The notes under the pieces are model-generated. The model was given only the letters and a program-made list of their open reading frames with translations. It did not search any database and was not told where the DNA came from. Below are positions 9,956 to 19,839 of a stretch of 64,000 nt of DNA, one piece after another. Numbering within the stretch: the first letter of the stretch is position 1; each line of letters begins with the position of its first letter. Source of the DNA: Myxococcota bacterium. GTDB taxonomy: Bacteria; Myxococcota_A; SURF-8. The position numbers and the translations under genes are program-made. Where the stretch lies: contig CAXXQS010000002.1 of assembly GCA_963674735.2 (NCBI GenBank), forward strand, positions 1,056,001 to 1,120,000, given 5' to 3'.

Positions 9956-10700
9956 GAAGGCTCCCTCGATACACCGTTTTCCAAACGGCTACTCGGGATA
10001 AGCGAGTTATCATTCATTTATTGGCCAAGGTTGCGCCATCCCCGAACGATGGGCAACAAGTTGCCCCTCCTACTATTCTTGAGAAAGTTTGCGTGATCGC
10101 CCCTCTTCCACCCCGTGTTCGCCGACGGGTCCGGGCGGCGGAGAGAGCGCGAGGACTGTCCGAGCCGGACGGCGTCCGGCGAGTTCCGCAGCGCCCGCCG
10201 CTTGGGCGCGGGGACGTTGGAAAACGGCCGAGGCGAACCCCGGGCGTCCTTTCTTTCGGTTCCCTTTCTTTGGACGCGCAAAGAAAGGGGACAAAAAAAC
10301 GATAAGCCGCACTAGCGCAAAGCCGGGAGCCCGTCGGGAGATGCGCGCCAGCTGGCGGAAGGCTCCCTCGATACACCGTTTTCCAAACGGCTACTCGGGA
10401 TAAGCGAGTTATCATTCATTTATTGGCCAAGGTTGCGCCATCCCCGAACGATGGGCAACAAGTTGCCCCTCCTACTATTCTTGAGAAAGTTTGCGTGATC
10501 GCCCCTCTTCCACCCCGTGTTCGCCGACGGGTCCGGGCGGCGGAGAGAGCGCGAGGACTGTCCGAGCCGGACGGCGTCCGGCGAGTTCCGCAGCGCCCGC
10601 CGCTTGGGCGCGGGGACGTTGGAAAACGGCCGAGGCGAACCCCGGGCGTCCTTTCTTTCGGTTCCCTTTCTTTGGACGCGCAAAGAAAGGGGACAAAAAA
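9956..10700. repeat. Direct duplication of a 343-bp composite palindromic unit (period 402 bp)
   Basis: 9956-10298 and 10358-10700 read as identical by eye; degenerate GCCGGGAGCCCGTC flank motifs near 9848, 10322 and 10725. Confidence 0.92.
10048..10073 (-). repeat. GTAG-type REP element (second copy at 10450-10475)
   Basis: Reverse complement is GTAG-GAGGGGCAACTTGTTGCCCATC, one base different from the REP at 18259-18284. Confidence 0.75.
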
Positions 10701-10802
10701 GGCGATGAGCGACACGCACGCAAAGCTGGGAGCCCGTTACAGACACGCTCCGACCTGCAAAAAGTGATAATTGCCGATTTATTTTCGAAGATTGGCGTAA
10801 AT

Positions 10803-13382
10803 CTACATCCGCCGGTATGGGTCGGGCAGGTCGAGCACCAGGCGAAAACCGATGTTGGGTTTGACGCGCTCGCGTCCCATACCCATCCGGCCCGCCACGC
10901 GACACAAGGGTTCGGGATCGAGCCACGAACCGCCTTTGGTCAGCTTTTCGTGGGCCTGCGGGTTGAACCAATCGGCGCACCACTCACGCACGCTGCCCGC
11001 CATGCCGAAAACACCGAAAGGACTGCGATCGCGCGGCATGCTGTGAGTGGGCAGCAGATGGCAGCGCCGTAACGAGTCGCGCATGTGACACAGCTCCGGT
11101 TCGAAGCCGTTCCCCCACGGAAACACGCGCCCATCCGCCCCACGTGCCGCTTTCTCCCACTGCTCATCGGTGGGCAGGGTATACTCTTGACCGGTCGTCC
11201 AGCTCAACCAGGCGGCGTAGGCCATGGCATCGTCCCAGCTGATTCCGAAGACCGGCCAGCCGGGGTCGGCTCTCCCACTGTCGCCGTATTGCCCGAAATA
11301 ATAGCCGTGGTCGGGGCGCATGCGCGGAGCTTTCGGCGGGCGGTTCTCGAACTGGAAACCGCTACGGCGCGATTCCCGCAGAAAAATCAAGTACTCCCCC
11401 AGAGTAACCGGCTGGCGCGCGATCAGATAGCCGTCCAGATCGGGGGCGCGGCTCTTTTCGTAGCCCACCGCGCCTTCGTCCCCGCCTTTCATAAAGGGAC
11501 CGGGAGGAATGTAGGCAAATCGCGGATCGAACGTCCCCTGCGCGATCATGGGCAGTTTCAATTCCAAATGTTCGCCGATTTCCAGCAAAACCGGATAATG
11601 GATATCCGGATAGCCATCCAGGCTAAGCATCAGATGCCAAGATCCGCGTTTGAGCGTGAGACCCTGAAGCGGTGTTTTTCCAAGTACTTGCAGATTATCC
11701 GCCAAAAGCAGGCCGTCCCGCTCCACCACCGTCGCAGCGGTTACCTGGGCACCCTCGGGCCAGCTTTGGATATCGAGGGTTGCCTCGCCATCGAGAATAT
11801 CCGAATAGCGCTGCGGGTCGTTGAGCTCCACCCGATGGCGGTTGTAAAGCATTTCCTTTTTGTTGCGGGTTTGAGCGGCGTCCTGATAGCGGGCATGGTA
11901 CAAATTCGCCAGCCAGCGCCGCGCCTCGACCTGAACGGGATCGAGTTGCAAGGCCTCGTTAAGACCCTTGATCGCGTCGGAAAACGTGCAATCGGCCGAC
12001 ACCTGCCCGGCGAGCACGATTTCCTCTTTGTCCCACAACAGGGTTTCACTGCGCTCCAGCGCCGCCGTCAATTCACCGCGCAGATCGTCCACGCGGGCCT
12101 TCTGCTCCATGTAACGGCGGGCCAGCAGAACCGCTTCGTCGGTCAAGGCCGCCGCTTTACGCCGTAACATGCGACGCTCGCGCGTACCTTCAAGATAGGC
12201 TTCCACTTCTTCGAACACCTGGCGGGCCGTCGTTTGTCGCTGACCGGGGCTTTTCGCCAACGCCTTCAAGCAGACCCGCTCGATTTCCTCGGGAACCTTG
12301 CGCCCGGAAACGCGTAAGGAAGGCGCCACCACCGGGTCGTTCTTGACGTGTTCGAGAATCTCTTCCGGCGTGCGACCGCTCTGCGGCGGAGAAAGGGTGA
12401 GGATTTCATACAAGATGGCTCCCAACCCGTAGATGTCGGTGCGTGCATCCCAATCCTCCGTACGTCCTTCGGCCTGCTCGGGAGCCATATAGGCGGGAGT
12501 CCCGGATACTTCCATCAAGGAGGTGGCCAAACGTCGCTCGGGATGCTCTTCGTCGAAGCGATGCGCCAAGCCCCAGTCGGTGACCAGCGTTTCGCCATAT
12601 TCGCCGATCATGATGTTATCGGGTTTCAAATCGCGGTGCAGAATGCCGAAGCCATGGGCGTATTCCACAGCCAGGCAAATTTGTTGGAAAATGGTCAGCA
12701 GACGCACAAAACCGAAACGTTCGGCCAAAGCCTCATCCCCGGTTGCCAAAGCGTTGAACACGTCCTTTAACGAACGGCCCCGCACCTGCCGCATGGAAAA
12801 GAACGCTTCGCCGCTGGGCAGGCGACCGGCATCGTAAGTGGGAACGATATTGGGATGTTCGAGTAAAGCCGCCGCATGGGCTTCCCGTTCGAAACGCCGC
12901 TCGGTGGCGGGGTCGGCCCCTGTTCCGGCCTTGAGTAGCTTGAGGGCGACGCGTCGATTCAGCAAACGATCGAACGCTTTCACCACCCGACCGGACCCGC
13001 CCGCCCCCAGTTCGCCTTCGATTCGATAGCGATCGGCGGCAAGTTCGGGCGACAGGGGAGCCCGCATCGATTCCGGAACCGAAGAAGTCTTTGTATATTG
13101 AGGAATACCGGGGTCTTGCAACGCGTCGCCCAGCGCCGTGAACAGCGTCTCACCGTCCGTCCCCATCTTGCCGGGTTGGAGCCGCACTTCGGCAAGCAAC
13201 ACCGCCGCCTGCTCGGCATCGAGCAGGTCCATTTCGACCAGACAAGCGGCCAGATCGGTCCCGCCTCTTTCACCCAAGCTGCGCCAGGCGTCCAGAAGGT
13301 CATCCAACCCCAGGATGCCGCGTTCAAGAAGCAGGCGCGACAGCTTGCGCGCCCATCGAATGTCCCCACCATGGCCCGTCAT
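10803..13382 (-). CDS. Ser/Thr protein kinase with PEGA-like and C-terminal FGE-sulfatase domains
   Basis: GAGGSG, VALK, HRDLKPDN, DWG, GTPAYMAPE; C-terminal LPTDEQWEKAARG..FPWG..SPFGVFGMAGSVREW..IGFR. Start at ATG 13382 with GAAGGAG RBS. Confidence 0.9.
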   Translation of the reverse strand: MTGHGGDIRWARKLSRLLLERGILGLDDLLDAWRSLGERGGTDLAACLVEMDLLDAEQAAVLLAEVRLQPGKMGTDGETLFTALGDALQDPGIPQYTKTSSVPESMRAPLSPELAADRYRIEGELGAGGSGRVVKAFDRLLNRRVALKLLKAGTGADPATERRFEREAHAAALLEHPNIVPTYDAGRLPSGEAFFSMRQVRGRSLKDVFNALATGDEALAERFGFVRLLTIFQQICLAVEYAHGFGILHRDLKPDNIMIGEYGETLVTDWGLAHRFDEEHPERRLATSLMEVSGTPAYMAPEQAEGRTEDWDARTDIYGLGAILYEILTLSPPQSGRTPEEILEHVKNDPVVAPSLRVSGRKVPEEIERVCLKALAKSPGQRQTTARQVFEEVEAYLEGTRERRMLRRKAAALTDEAVLLARRYMEQKARVDDLRGELTAALERSETLLWDKEEIVLAGQVSADCTFSDAIKGLNEALQLDPVQVEARRWLANLYHARYQDAAQTRNKKEMLYNRHRVELNDPQRYSDILDGEATLDIQSWPEGAQVTAATVVERDGLLLADNLQVLGKTPLQGLTLKRGSWHLMLSLDGYPDIHYPVLLEIGEHLELKLPMIAQGTFDPRFAYIPPGPFMKGGDEGAVGYEKSRAPDLDGYLIARQPVTLGEYLIFLRESRRSGFQFENRPPKAPRMRPDHGYYFGQYGDSGRADPGWPVFGISWDDAMAYAAWLSWTTGQEYTLPTDEQWEKAARGADGRVFPWGNGFEPELCHMRDSLRRCHLLPTHSMPRDRSPFGVFGMAGSVREWCADWFNPQAHEKLTKGGSWLDPEPLCRVAGRMGMGRERVKPNIGFRLVLDLPDPYRRM

Positions 13383-13548
13383 CGATTCTCCTTCTGATGG
13401 TTTCATGCTACACCGGGAAGCGACCGGGTGCAAGGCATGGCTCACACTTCCTGAAAAAGATCCGCTCCCGCGTCCTTGACCGCACCGGGAGCGACTGCTA
13501 CACTGCCGCGCGGAGTTGTACGGTACCTGTATTGAAAGGACACAAATC

Positions 13549-14814
13549 ATGAAAATCGCGATAATCGGAGGCGGTTCGACGTATAGTCCCGAATTGATCG
13601 AAGGCCTGATTCAGCGTGGCCAGGAAATCGACTTGTCCGAAGTCGTGCTGATGGATGTCGACGCCGAACGGCTGGAGGTCGTGGGAGGCTTCGCGAAGCG
13701 CATGGTGGAGCACGCCAAGGCGGCTTTTACCCTCCGCCACACGACCGATCGCAGCGACGCCATCGAGGGCGCGGATTTCGTCTTGACCCAAATTCGTGTG
13801 GGCCAGATGCCGGCGCGTCACAAAGACATCCTGCTCGGTCTGCGCCACGGCCTGATCGGCCAGGAAACCACCGGCGTCGGGGGTTTCGCCAAGGCGTTGC
13901 GCACGATTCCCGCCATGGTGGACATCGCCAACGATGTCAAGACGCGTGCGCCCGAAGCCTGGATCATCAATTTCACCAATCCCTCGGGGCTCATTACCGA
14001 AGCGCTTCATCGCGCCGGTATCTCGCGTTCCATCGGACTGTGCAACATTCCCATCGGCATGCTGATGGATCTGTCCCTGCACCTGGAATGCAGCCCCGAC
14101 CGCATCAAGATCGACTACGTGGGCCTCAACCACCTTTCCTGGGTGCGCAAGGTGTTTCTCGACGGCGAAGACATCAGTGCGCGCCTGATCGGCGAACTGG
14201 CCGGTCATGGCGGCCCGGCCAACATTCCGGAACTGGACTACGGGCCCGACTTCGTGCGCGCCCTGGGCTTCATGCCCGGTCCTTACCTGCGCTATTTCTA
14301 CGCCACCGACGAGATGTTCGACCGCATCAAAAACAAGCCCCAAACCCGCGCCGAAGAGGTGATGGAGGTCGAAAAAGCGCTCTTGGCGAAATATGCCGAC
14401 GAGTCGGTGGTCACCAAGCCGCCCGAACTGGAAAAACGCGGCGGGGCCTTCTACAGCACCATCGCCGTGGACCTGATCGATGCCATCTACAACGACCGCC
14501 GCAAGGAACACATCGTCAACGTCCCCAGCCGAGGCGCCGTTTCCGGTATCGGCGACGACCAGACGGTCGAAATCGCGGCGCTGATCGGCAAAGACGGCGC
14601 CGAGGTCTTGCCGGTCGACCCGGTGGAGCCGAAAATTCTCGGCCTGATGCAGCAGGTCAAGGCCTACGAAACCCTGGCCGCCGAAGCGGGCCTGGAAAAA
14701 AGCTACGACAAAGCCCTGATGGCCCTGGTGGCCCATCCGCTGTGTCCGGCGGAGAAAGCCAAGGCCGTGCTCGATGACATCATCGAGACACACGGAGTCG
14801 AGCTGCATAAATAA
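13549..14814 (+). CDS. Family 4 glycoside hydrolase, 6-phospho-beta-glucosidase-like
   Basis: KIAIIGGGSTY, GQETTGVGG, INFTNPSG, GLCN, GLNHL, RGGAFYS. Confidence 0.92.
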   Translation: MKIAIIGGGSTYSPELIEGLIQRGQEIDLSEVVLMDVDAERLEVVGGFAKRMVEHAKAAFTLRHTTDRSDAIEGADFVLTQIRVGQMPARHKDILLGLRHGLIGQETTGVGGFAKALRTIPAMVDIANDVKTRAPEAWIINFTNPSGLITEALHRAGISRSIGLCNIPIGMLMDLSLHLECSPDRIKIDYVGLNHLSWVRKVFLDGEDISARLIGELAGHGGPANIPELDYGPDFVRALGFMPGPYLRYFYATDEMFDRIKNKPQTRAEEVMEVEKALLAKYADESVVTKPPELEKRGGAFYSTIAVDLIDAIYNDRRKEHIVNVPSRGAVSGIGDDQTVEIAALIGKDGAEVLPVDPVEPKILGLMQQVKAYETLAAEAGLEKSYDKALMALVAHPLCPAEKAKAVLDDIIETHGVELHK

Positions 14815-14865
14815 CGCGTTCACGGGCCACCCCAAGGCGGGAACGTCCGCGCAAGGTAAACCGGC

Positions 14866-16869
14866 ATGGCCAATGAAACCTTCAAGCTGACCTCGCGCTA
14901 CCGACCGACCGGCGATCAGCCGCAGGCTATCGATGCGCTGACCGAAGGCATCGAGCGCGGCGACAAACACCAGGTGCTGTTGGGCGTGACCGGCTCGGGC
15001 AAAACCTTCACCATGGCCAACGTCATTGCCCGCCTCAACCGTCCGGCGCTTGTTCTGGCTCACAACAAAACGCTCGCGGGCCAGCTCTATGCCGAATTCA
15101 AAGAGCTGTTCCCTGAAAACGCGGTGGAGTACTTCGTCAGTTATTACGATTACTACCAGCCCGAAGCCTACCTTCCCAGCTCGGATACCCACATCGACAA
15201 AGAAGCCACCATCAACGACGAGATCGACAAAATGCGCCTGTCGGCCACCCGCTCGTTGTTGGAACGCAACGACGTGGTGATCGTCTCGTCGGTCTCCTGC
15301 ATCTACGGCTTGGGTTCCCCCGATGCCTTTGAAGGTCTGGTTGTCTTTTTAAACGAGGGGCAGGAGGTTTCCCGCGATGCGGTCATCCGCCAACTGGTGG
15401 AGATCCAGTACGAGCGCCACGACATGGATTTCCATCGCGGCACCTTTCGCGTGCGCGGCGACCGGCTGGATATCTTTCCGGCCTACGAAAACGAACGGGC
15501 CATCCGCGTCGAGTTCTGGGGAGACGAAGTGGCGGAGATCAGCGAAATCGAGCCCCTGCGCGGAACGACCCTGCGCAAACTGATCAAATGCGCCATCTAT
15601 CCGGCCAGCCACTATGTCACCACCCTGCAGCGCCGCCAGAACGCCATCCGCGCCATCCGCGACGAACTGCGCGAGACGATTCCGTTTTTCCGCAAACAGG
15701 AAAAATTAATCGAGGCCCAGCGCATCGAACAGCGCACCCAGTTCGACCTCGAAATGCTGCAGCAAATGGGCTATTGCAACGGCATCGAAAATTACTCGCG
15801 CCACCTCACCGGACGCGGGCCCGGCGATCCGCCCCCCACCCTGCTGGATTTCTTTCCCGAACCCTGGCTGCTGTTCGTGGATGAATCGCACGTGAGCATT
15901 CCGCAGGTGGGCGGCATGTATCGCGGCGACCGTTCGCGCAAGCAAAACCTGGTGGACTTCGGTTTCCGTCTGCCTTCGGCGCTCGACAATCGTCCGCTGA
16001 AATTCGAGGAGTTCGAGGCGCGCCTCAACCAGGTCGTCTATGTATCGGCCACCCCGGCCAACTACGAGTTGGAGAAAACCGAGGGCGTCTTCATCGAACA
16101 GGTCATCCGCCCCACCGGCCTGGTCGATCCGACATTGGAAATCCGCCCGGCCGGGCAGCAGGTGGACGACTTGCTGGAGGAAATCCGCCTGCGGGTGGAA
16201 CGCAAGGAGCGCGTGTTGGTCACCACGCTGACCAAGCGCATGGCCGAGGAATTGACCGACTACTACACCGACCTGAAGGTGCGCGTGAAGTATCTTCACT
16301 CCGACATCGACACCTTGGATCGCATGAAGATCATTCGCGATCTGCGGCTCGGCAAGTTTGACGTGCTGGTCGGCATCAACTTGCTGCGTGAAGGCCTCGA
16401 CATTCCCGAAGTGTCGCTGGTGGCCATTCTCGATGCCGACAAGGAAGGCTTTTTGCGTTCCGAGCGGTCGCTGATTCAGACCATCGGGCGGGCGGCGCGC
16501 CATGTAAGCGGAACGGCCATCCTATACGCCGACCGGATCACCGATTCGATGAAGCGCGCCATCGACGAAACCGACCGCCGCCGCAAAAAGCAGCTTGCGT
16601 ACAATCAGGCGCACGGCATCACGCCGCGCTCGATCGTCAAGGCGGTGTCGGAGGGCGGCATCTACGCCGAGGGCGATTACACCGTGGATCGGCGCTTGCC
16701 TAAAAATGTGGCCGCCAAAGAGATGGGGCCCGAAGAACGGCGTCAGAAGATCAAGAAACTCGAAAAAGACATGCTGCGCGCCGCCGAACGGCTGGACTTC
16801 GAAAAAGCCGCCGCCTTGCGCGATCAGCTTCTGGAACTCAAAAAACGCGACCTGCTGCCGGAGCGCTGA
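14866..16869 (+). CDS. uvrB: Excinuclease ABC subunit B
   Basis: [40 protein letters not shown]-terminal FEKAAALRD. Confidence 0.98.
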   Translation: MANETFKLTSRYRPTGDQPQAIDALTEGIERGDKHQVLLGVTGSGKTFTMANVIARLNRPALVLAHNKTLAGQLYAEFKELFPENAVEYFVSYYDYYQPEAYLPSSDTHIDKEATINDEIDKMRLSATRSLLERNDVVIVSSVSCIYGLGSPDAFEGLVVFLNEGQEVSRDAVIRQLVEIQYERHDMDFHRGTFRVRGDRLDIFPAYENERAIRVEFWGDEVAEISEIEPLRGTTLRKLIKCAIYPASHYVTTLQRRQNAIRAIRDELRETIPFFRKQEKLIEAQRIEQRTQFDLEMLQQMGYCNGIENYSRHLTGRGPGDPPPTLLDFFPEPWLLFVDESHVSIPQVGGMYRGDRSRKQNLVDFGFRLPSALDNRPLKFEEFEARLNQVVYVSATPANYELEKTEGVFIEQVIRPTGLVDPTLEIRPAGQQVDDLLEEIRLRVERKERVLVTTLTKRMAEELTDYYTDLKVRVKYLHSDIDTLDRMKIIRDLRLGKFDVLVGINLLREGLDIPEVSLVAILDADKEGFLRSERSLIQTIGRAARHVSGTAILYADRITDSMKRAIDETDRRRKKQLAYNQAHGITPRSIVKAVSEGGIYAEGDYTVDRRLPKNVAAKEMGPEERRQKIKKLEKDMLRAAERLDFEKAAALRDQLLELKKRDLLPER

Positions 16870-17058
16870 GGCGGCATCTCCGGCTCACACCATCCCGTTC
16901 CATTCCTTGATTTGTTGGCAGATTTCAGGTGAGTCGAAGTAATTTCTCAGCCGGCATTATTTCATATCAAACGGATGCCATCGTCTCACAAACCACGTTC
17001 GGGAGGCTGTGTAAACTCTTTGATACACACAGTCAGCCAGTAGCGACTGTTATCGGTG

Positions 17059-17994
17059 TCAAGCGAAATTCGGGTTCCAGGCTTCGTTTTTCCGCATCAT
17101 CGTGTTGAGAATGAGGACCAATTTTCGCATGCAGGCCACCACCGCCGTCATCTTCGGTTTGCCGCGTCCGACCAGCCGCTGGTAGTGTCCGCGAATCACC
17201 GGGTTGTGTTGAATCGCCACCAGCGTCGGCATGTAGAGCGCCGTGCGCAGGCGATGACGACCGCCGCCGGTCATGCGTTTACCCCGAAACGTTCCGCTGT
17301 CCCGATTCATGGGCGCCACGCCGATCAACGCCGCGATCTGCCGCCGGTTGTAGATCCCCAGCTCCGGCAGATCCGTCACCAGAAGATTCGCCGTGCACGC
17401 GCCGACGCCCGGCATCGTTTGGAGCCGCGCGGCCCGGTCGCTGCGCTCCCGATCCGATGCAATGGCCGCCGCGATGGCCCGATCCAGCCGCTCGATTTCC
17501 CGTTCGATCACCTCCAGAATGCGGTGCAGGCTTTGTCCGATCGTCCGATCGCCCACGTGTTCGGTGCGGTTTTTCTCCATCGTGCGCATGGCGACCAGCT
17601 GCCGCCTCCGTGAAGACAGGGCTTTTAACAGGAGGGCGGTTTCGCCGAGCGTTTCGTTCGGTGCGGGACGCATGGCGGCTGCGTAGCGTGCGATGATGCC
17701 CGCATCGAGTCGATCCGTTTTCGCCATCACGCCGACGGCGCGGGCATAATCCCGGATGCGCCGGGGATTGACCACCGCCACCGGCCAACCCGCTTTCTGA
17801 AGACGTTTGCACAGCTCCCGTTCGTAGCCGCCGGTGGCTTCCATCACGACGCCCTCCACCTCGATCCGCTTCAACGAACGGACGAAGCGTGTCATGCCGG
17901 CTTTGGTGTAAGCGTAGCGGACGCACGTGCTTTCGCCGTCGACGGCGACATCGAAAACGGCTTTGCTGACGTCGATCCCGATCCATTTCTTCAT
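17059..17994 (-). CDS. IS110-family DEDD recombinase/transposase
   Basis: GIDVSK, MEATGGY, KTDRLDA (DEDD); C-terminal PGVG..GVAP..DSG..GGR..LRTALYM..MRKL with the conserved SG serine. Confidence 0.96.
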   Translation of the reverse strand: MKKWIGIDVSKAVFDVAVDGESTCVRYAYTKAGMTRFVRSLKRIEVEGVVMEATGGYERELCKRLQKAGWPVAVVNPRRIRDYARAVGVMAKTDRLDAGIIARYAAAMRPAPNETLGETALLLKALSSRRRQLVAMRTMEKNRTEHVGDRTIGQSLHRILEVIEREIERLDRAIAAAIASDRERSDRAARLQTMPGVGACTANLLVTDLPELGIYNRRQIAALIGVAPMNRDSGTFRGKRMTGGGRHRLRTALYMPTLVAIQHNPVIRGHYQRLVGRGKPKMTAVVACMRKLVLILNTMMRKNEAWNPNFA

Positions 17995-17999
17995 GGCGC

Positions 18000-18203
18000 A
18001 CCCTTCCTTGCCAATACGGGCTCATTTCGATTACAATGGCCCCTGCGACTGTTCGGGTTTTCCCGGACGAAACGGACGGCGGATCCGGCTACAAAACGGG
18101 CTCATCAGGCCCCAGGATGGGACGATCTCGCCGCCCACCACGGCCTCCCGCTTGCTACGGGAGGTCGTTTCATCTTATCATCACAAACGATGACAGTCGC
18201 TTG
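18000..18203 (-). ncRNA. Predicted IS110 bridge RNA (ends approximate)
   Basis: Non-coding left end carries, in order, CCCATCCT, GTAG, ACAGTCGC and GCAAG, matching target-left, target-right, donor-left and donor-right of this insertion. Confidence 0.82.
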
Positions 18204-18219
18204 AAAGGGATAATACAAG

Positions 18220-18284
18220 GATGGGCAACTTGTTGCCCATCTTCTACACTTGAATCGCGATGGGCAACAAGTTGCCCATCCTAC
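18220..18284. repeat. Inverted REP doublet; first REP split by the IS110
   Basis: GATGGGCAACTTGTTGCCCATC (18220-18241, its GTAG left at 17040-17043), 17-nt spacer, then GATGGGCAACAAGTTGCCCATCCTAC (18259-18284). Confidence 0.85.
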
Positions 18285-18300
18285 TCCAGCTACTCCAGTT

Positions 18301-18981
18301 TTATTCCTGCAATGAATTGCTAAACGTATTGTAAGGCTCGTAAACGGTCCGGCAACCGGTGAAGACGGCCTCCATGGCGTCGTCGTCTTCGGGAAAGGCG
18401 AATTCGGGGAGGCAGTGCGTGATCGGCGGGATGAAGGCGCGGATACACGCGCGCAGATCGGTATGGGTGTCGCATGCTTGGTCCGTTACCTCGTGCGCCA
18501 GGGCATCGTCGATCGTCGCGGCGGTCCAGGTCGGGAAGGCGCTGGGTGGGTTGATCATATAACCGTAAGGCAACTCGGCCCATCCGGTAACGCGGGTGTA
18601 TTCGGAGTTCGCGTTGCCGTCGAACAGACCGTATTCGGGACCCAACCACGCATACTTGAAGGCGGCGGTAGGCTGAGAAGTCGATACATCAGCGCGGTGG
18701 CTTTCGCACTGCACGGCTTTTCCACCCGCTTCGCTGGGGGCGAATCGCACCCAGGCCGCCTGACAAAAAACGCCTTCGCAACCCGAGTCGGCGCTTTCAC
18801 AGGCTGCGATCCATCCGTCAAACTCGCTTTCCGAATCCGTCGCGACACCCGAACTCGCCTGCCAACAGCGCGGCTCGCAAGCGGCATCCCACCCCGAATC
18901 GTCGCGGCTCGATCCGCAAGCGCTGATCAAGGCGATCCAAAGGCCGATGACGACCGACAACCACAGCTGTTTGATGAACAT
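18301..18981 (-). CDS. Hypothetical Cys-containing lipoprotein
   Basis: Hydrophobic signal peptide with ISAC lipobox; AAGGAG RBS. Confidence 0.65.
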   Translation of the reverse strand: MFIKQLWLSVVIGLWIALISACGSSRDDSGWDAACEPRCWQASSGVATDSESEFDGWIAACESADSGCEGVFCQAAWVRFAPSEAGGKAVQCESHRADVSTSQPTAAFKYAWLGPEYGLFDGNANSEYTRVTGWAELPYGYMINPPSAFPTWTAATIDDALAHEVTDQACDTHTDLRACIRAFIPPITHCLPEFAFPEDDDAMEAVFTGCRTVYEPYNTFSNSLQE

Positions 18982-19839
18982 CAGCAGGCTCCTTTAATAT
19001 TCATCTCACTTTTTCCCAAAACAGGTCGGGTGGTTTTTTACCTGACCATGCACAATGAATTATTATCATACCATGTAACCTCAATTTATAAAACGATTGT
19101 ATACCGGTCTGGCGATTCCCGCCTGAAAACACTGCCCCTCACCTGCGCAACCTGCCGAGATTCCACACGATATTCCTGATTTTACCCTCCCTTTTCGGGC
19201 GCAGGTCGGCGTCATTCGGCCGGAATGGGAAAAGACGCCTGATATCATGAAGATAAGAGGGCATCCCTTGAATCGCATTAGTGTACTATATTCACAGTAT
19301 GACATCGGGCCTCTTTTTTCGCCGCCTCCGTCTTGCCGAAACGCCTGACTGCGGCTCTTTTCAATTCGACTCAAAACGCGCCAAGCCCCCTGTTGACGGG
19401 GTGAAATCGATTTGCGCATGCCCGACGACGCGGCAGGGAAACGCGCGCAGCGACTCTGCAAGCCGCCGTCTTCCGGCTCCACGTGTGACGTATTACGGCA
19501 ATCCCGGTTTTCCCATATGATTCGCTGCAGGACCCCCGATACGACGGCGAAAAACCCAATGATTTCGCGAAAGGCCTAAATATGGCGGCGCAAAACCGCG
19601 CAAGCGGCGCATCGGACGCATTCAACGCATCGAGCCGGATAGGCCCAGCCGAGAGGCGTTTCGGCTCTGCCGGGCGATTTGGGTCGTTTCGGCAGGTTTC
19701 GCTTGTCGCGGCAAGACGACCCATCGACGCATTCAGCGCAGGGGTGGCCTTGGCTCCCGCGAGTCGCTATTTGAGGGTTGATCGGTTTAAGCCGGTCGCG
19801 CGGACGGTCGCGCGCGGGAGTCTCGGCGAGTCGAGACGT

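Larger units (their letters stand above)
17042..18219 (-). mobile_element. IS110-family insertion sequence (IS621-like), full length
   Basis: Flanked by the core AG/CT at 17042-17043 and 18218-18219; removing it restores GTAGGATGGGCAACTTGTTGCCCATC, the exact inverse of the neighbouring REP. Confidence 0.92.

Noticed and set aside
9956-10700. CRISPR array or protein-coding duplication
   Set aside because: Only two long units with no short repeat-spacer pattern and no cas genes; ORFs here are low-complexity products of palindromic DNA.
10803-11500. Diversity-generating retroelement target (FGE/C-type lectin fold)
   Set aside because: No reverse transcriptase and no second copy of the 3' region differing at adenines seen in the window.
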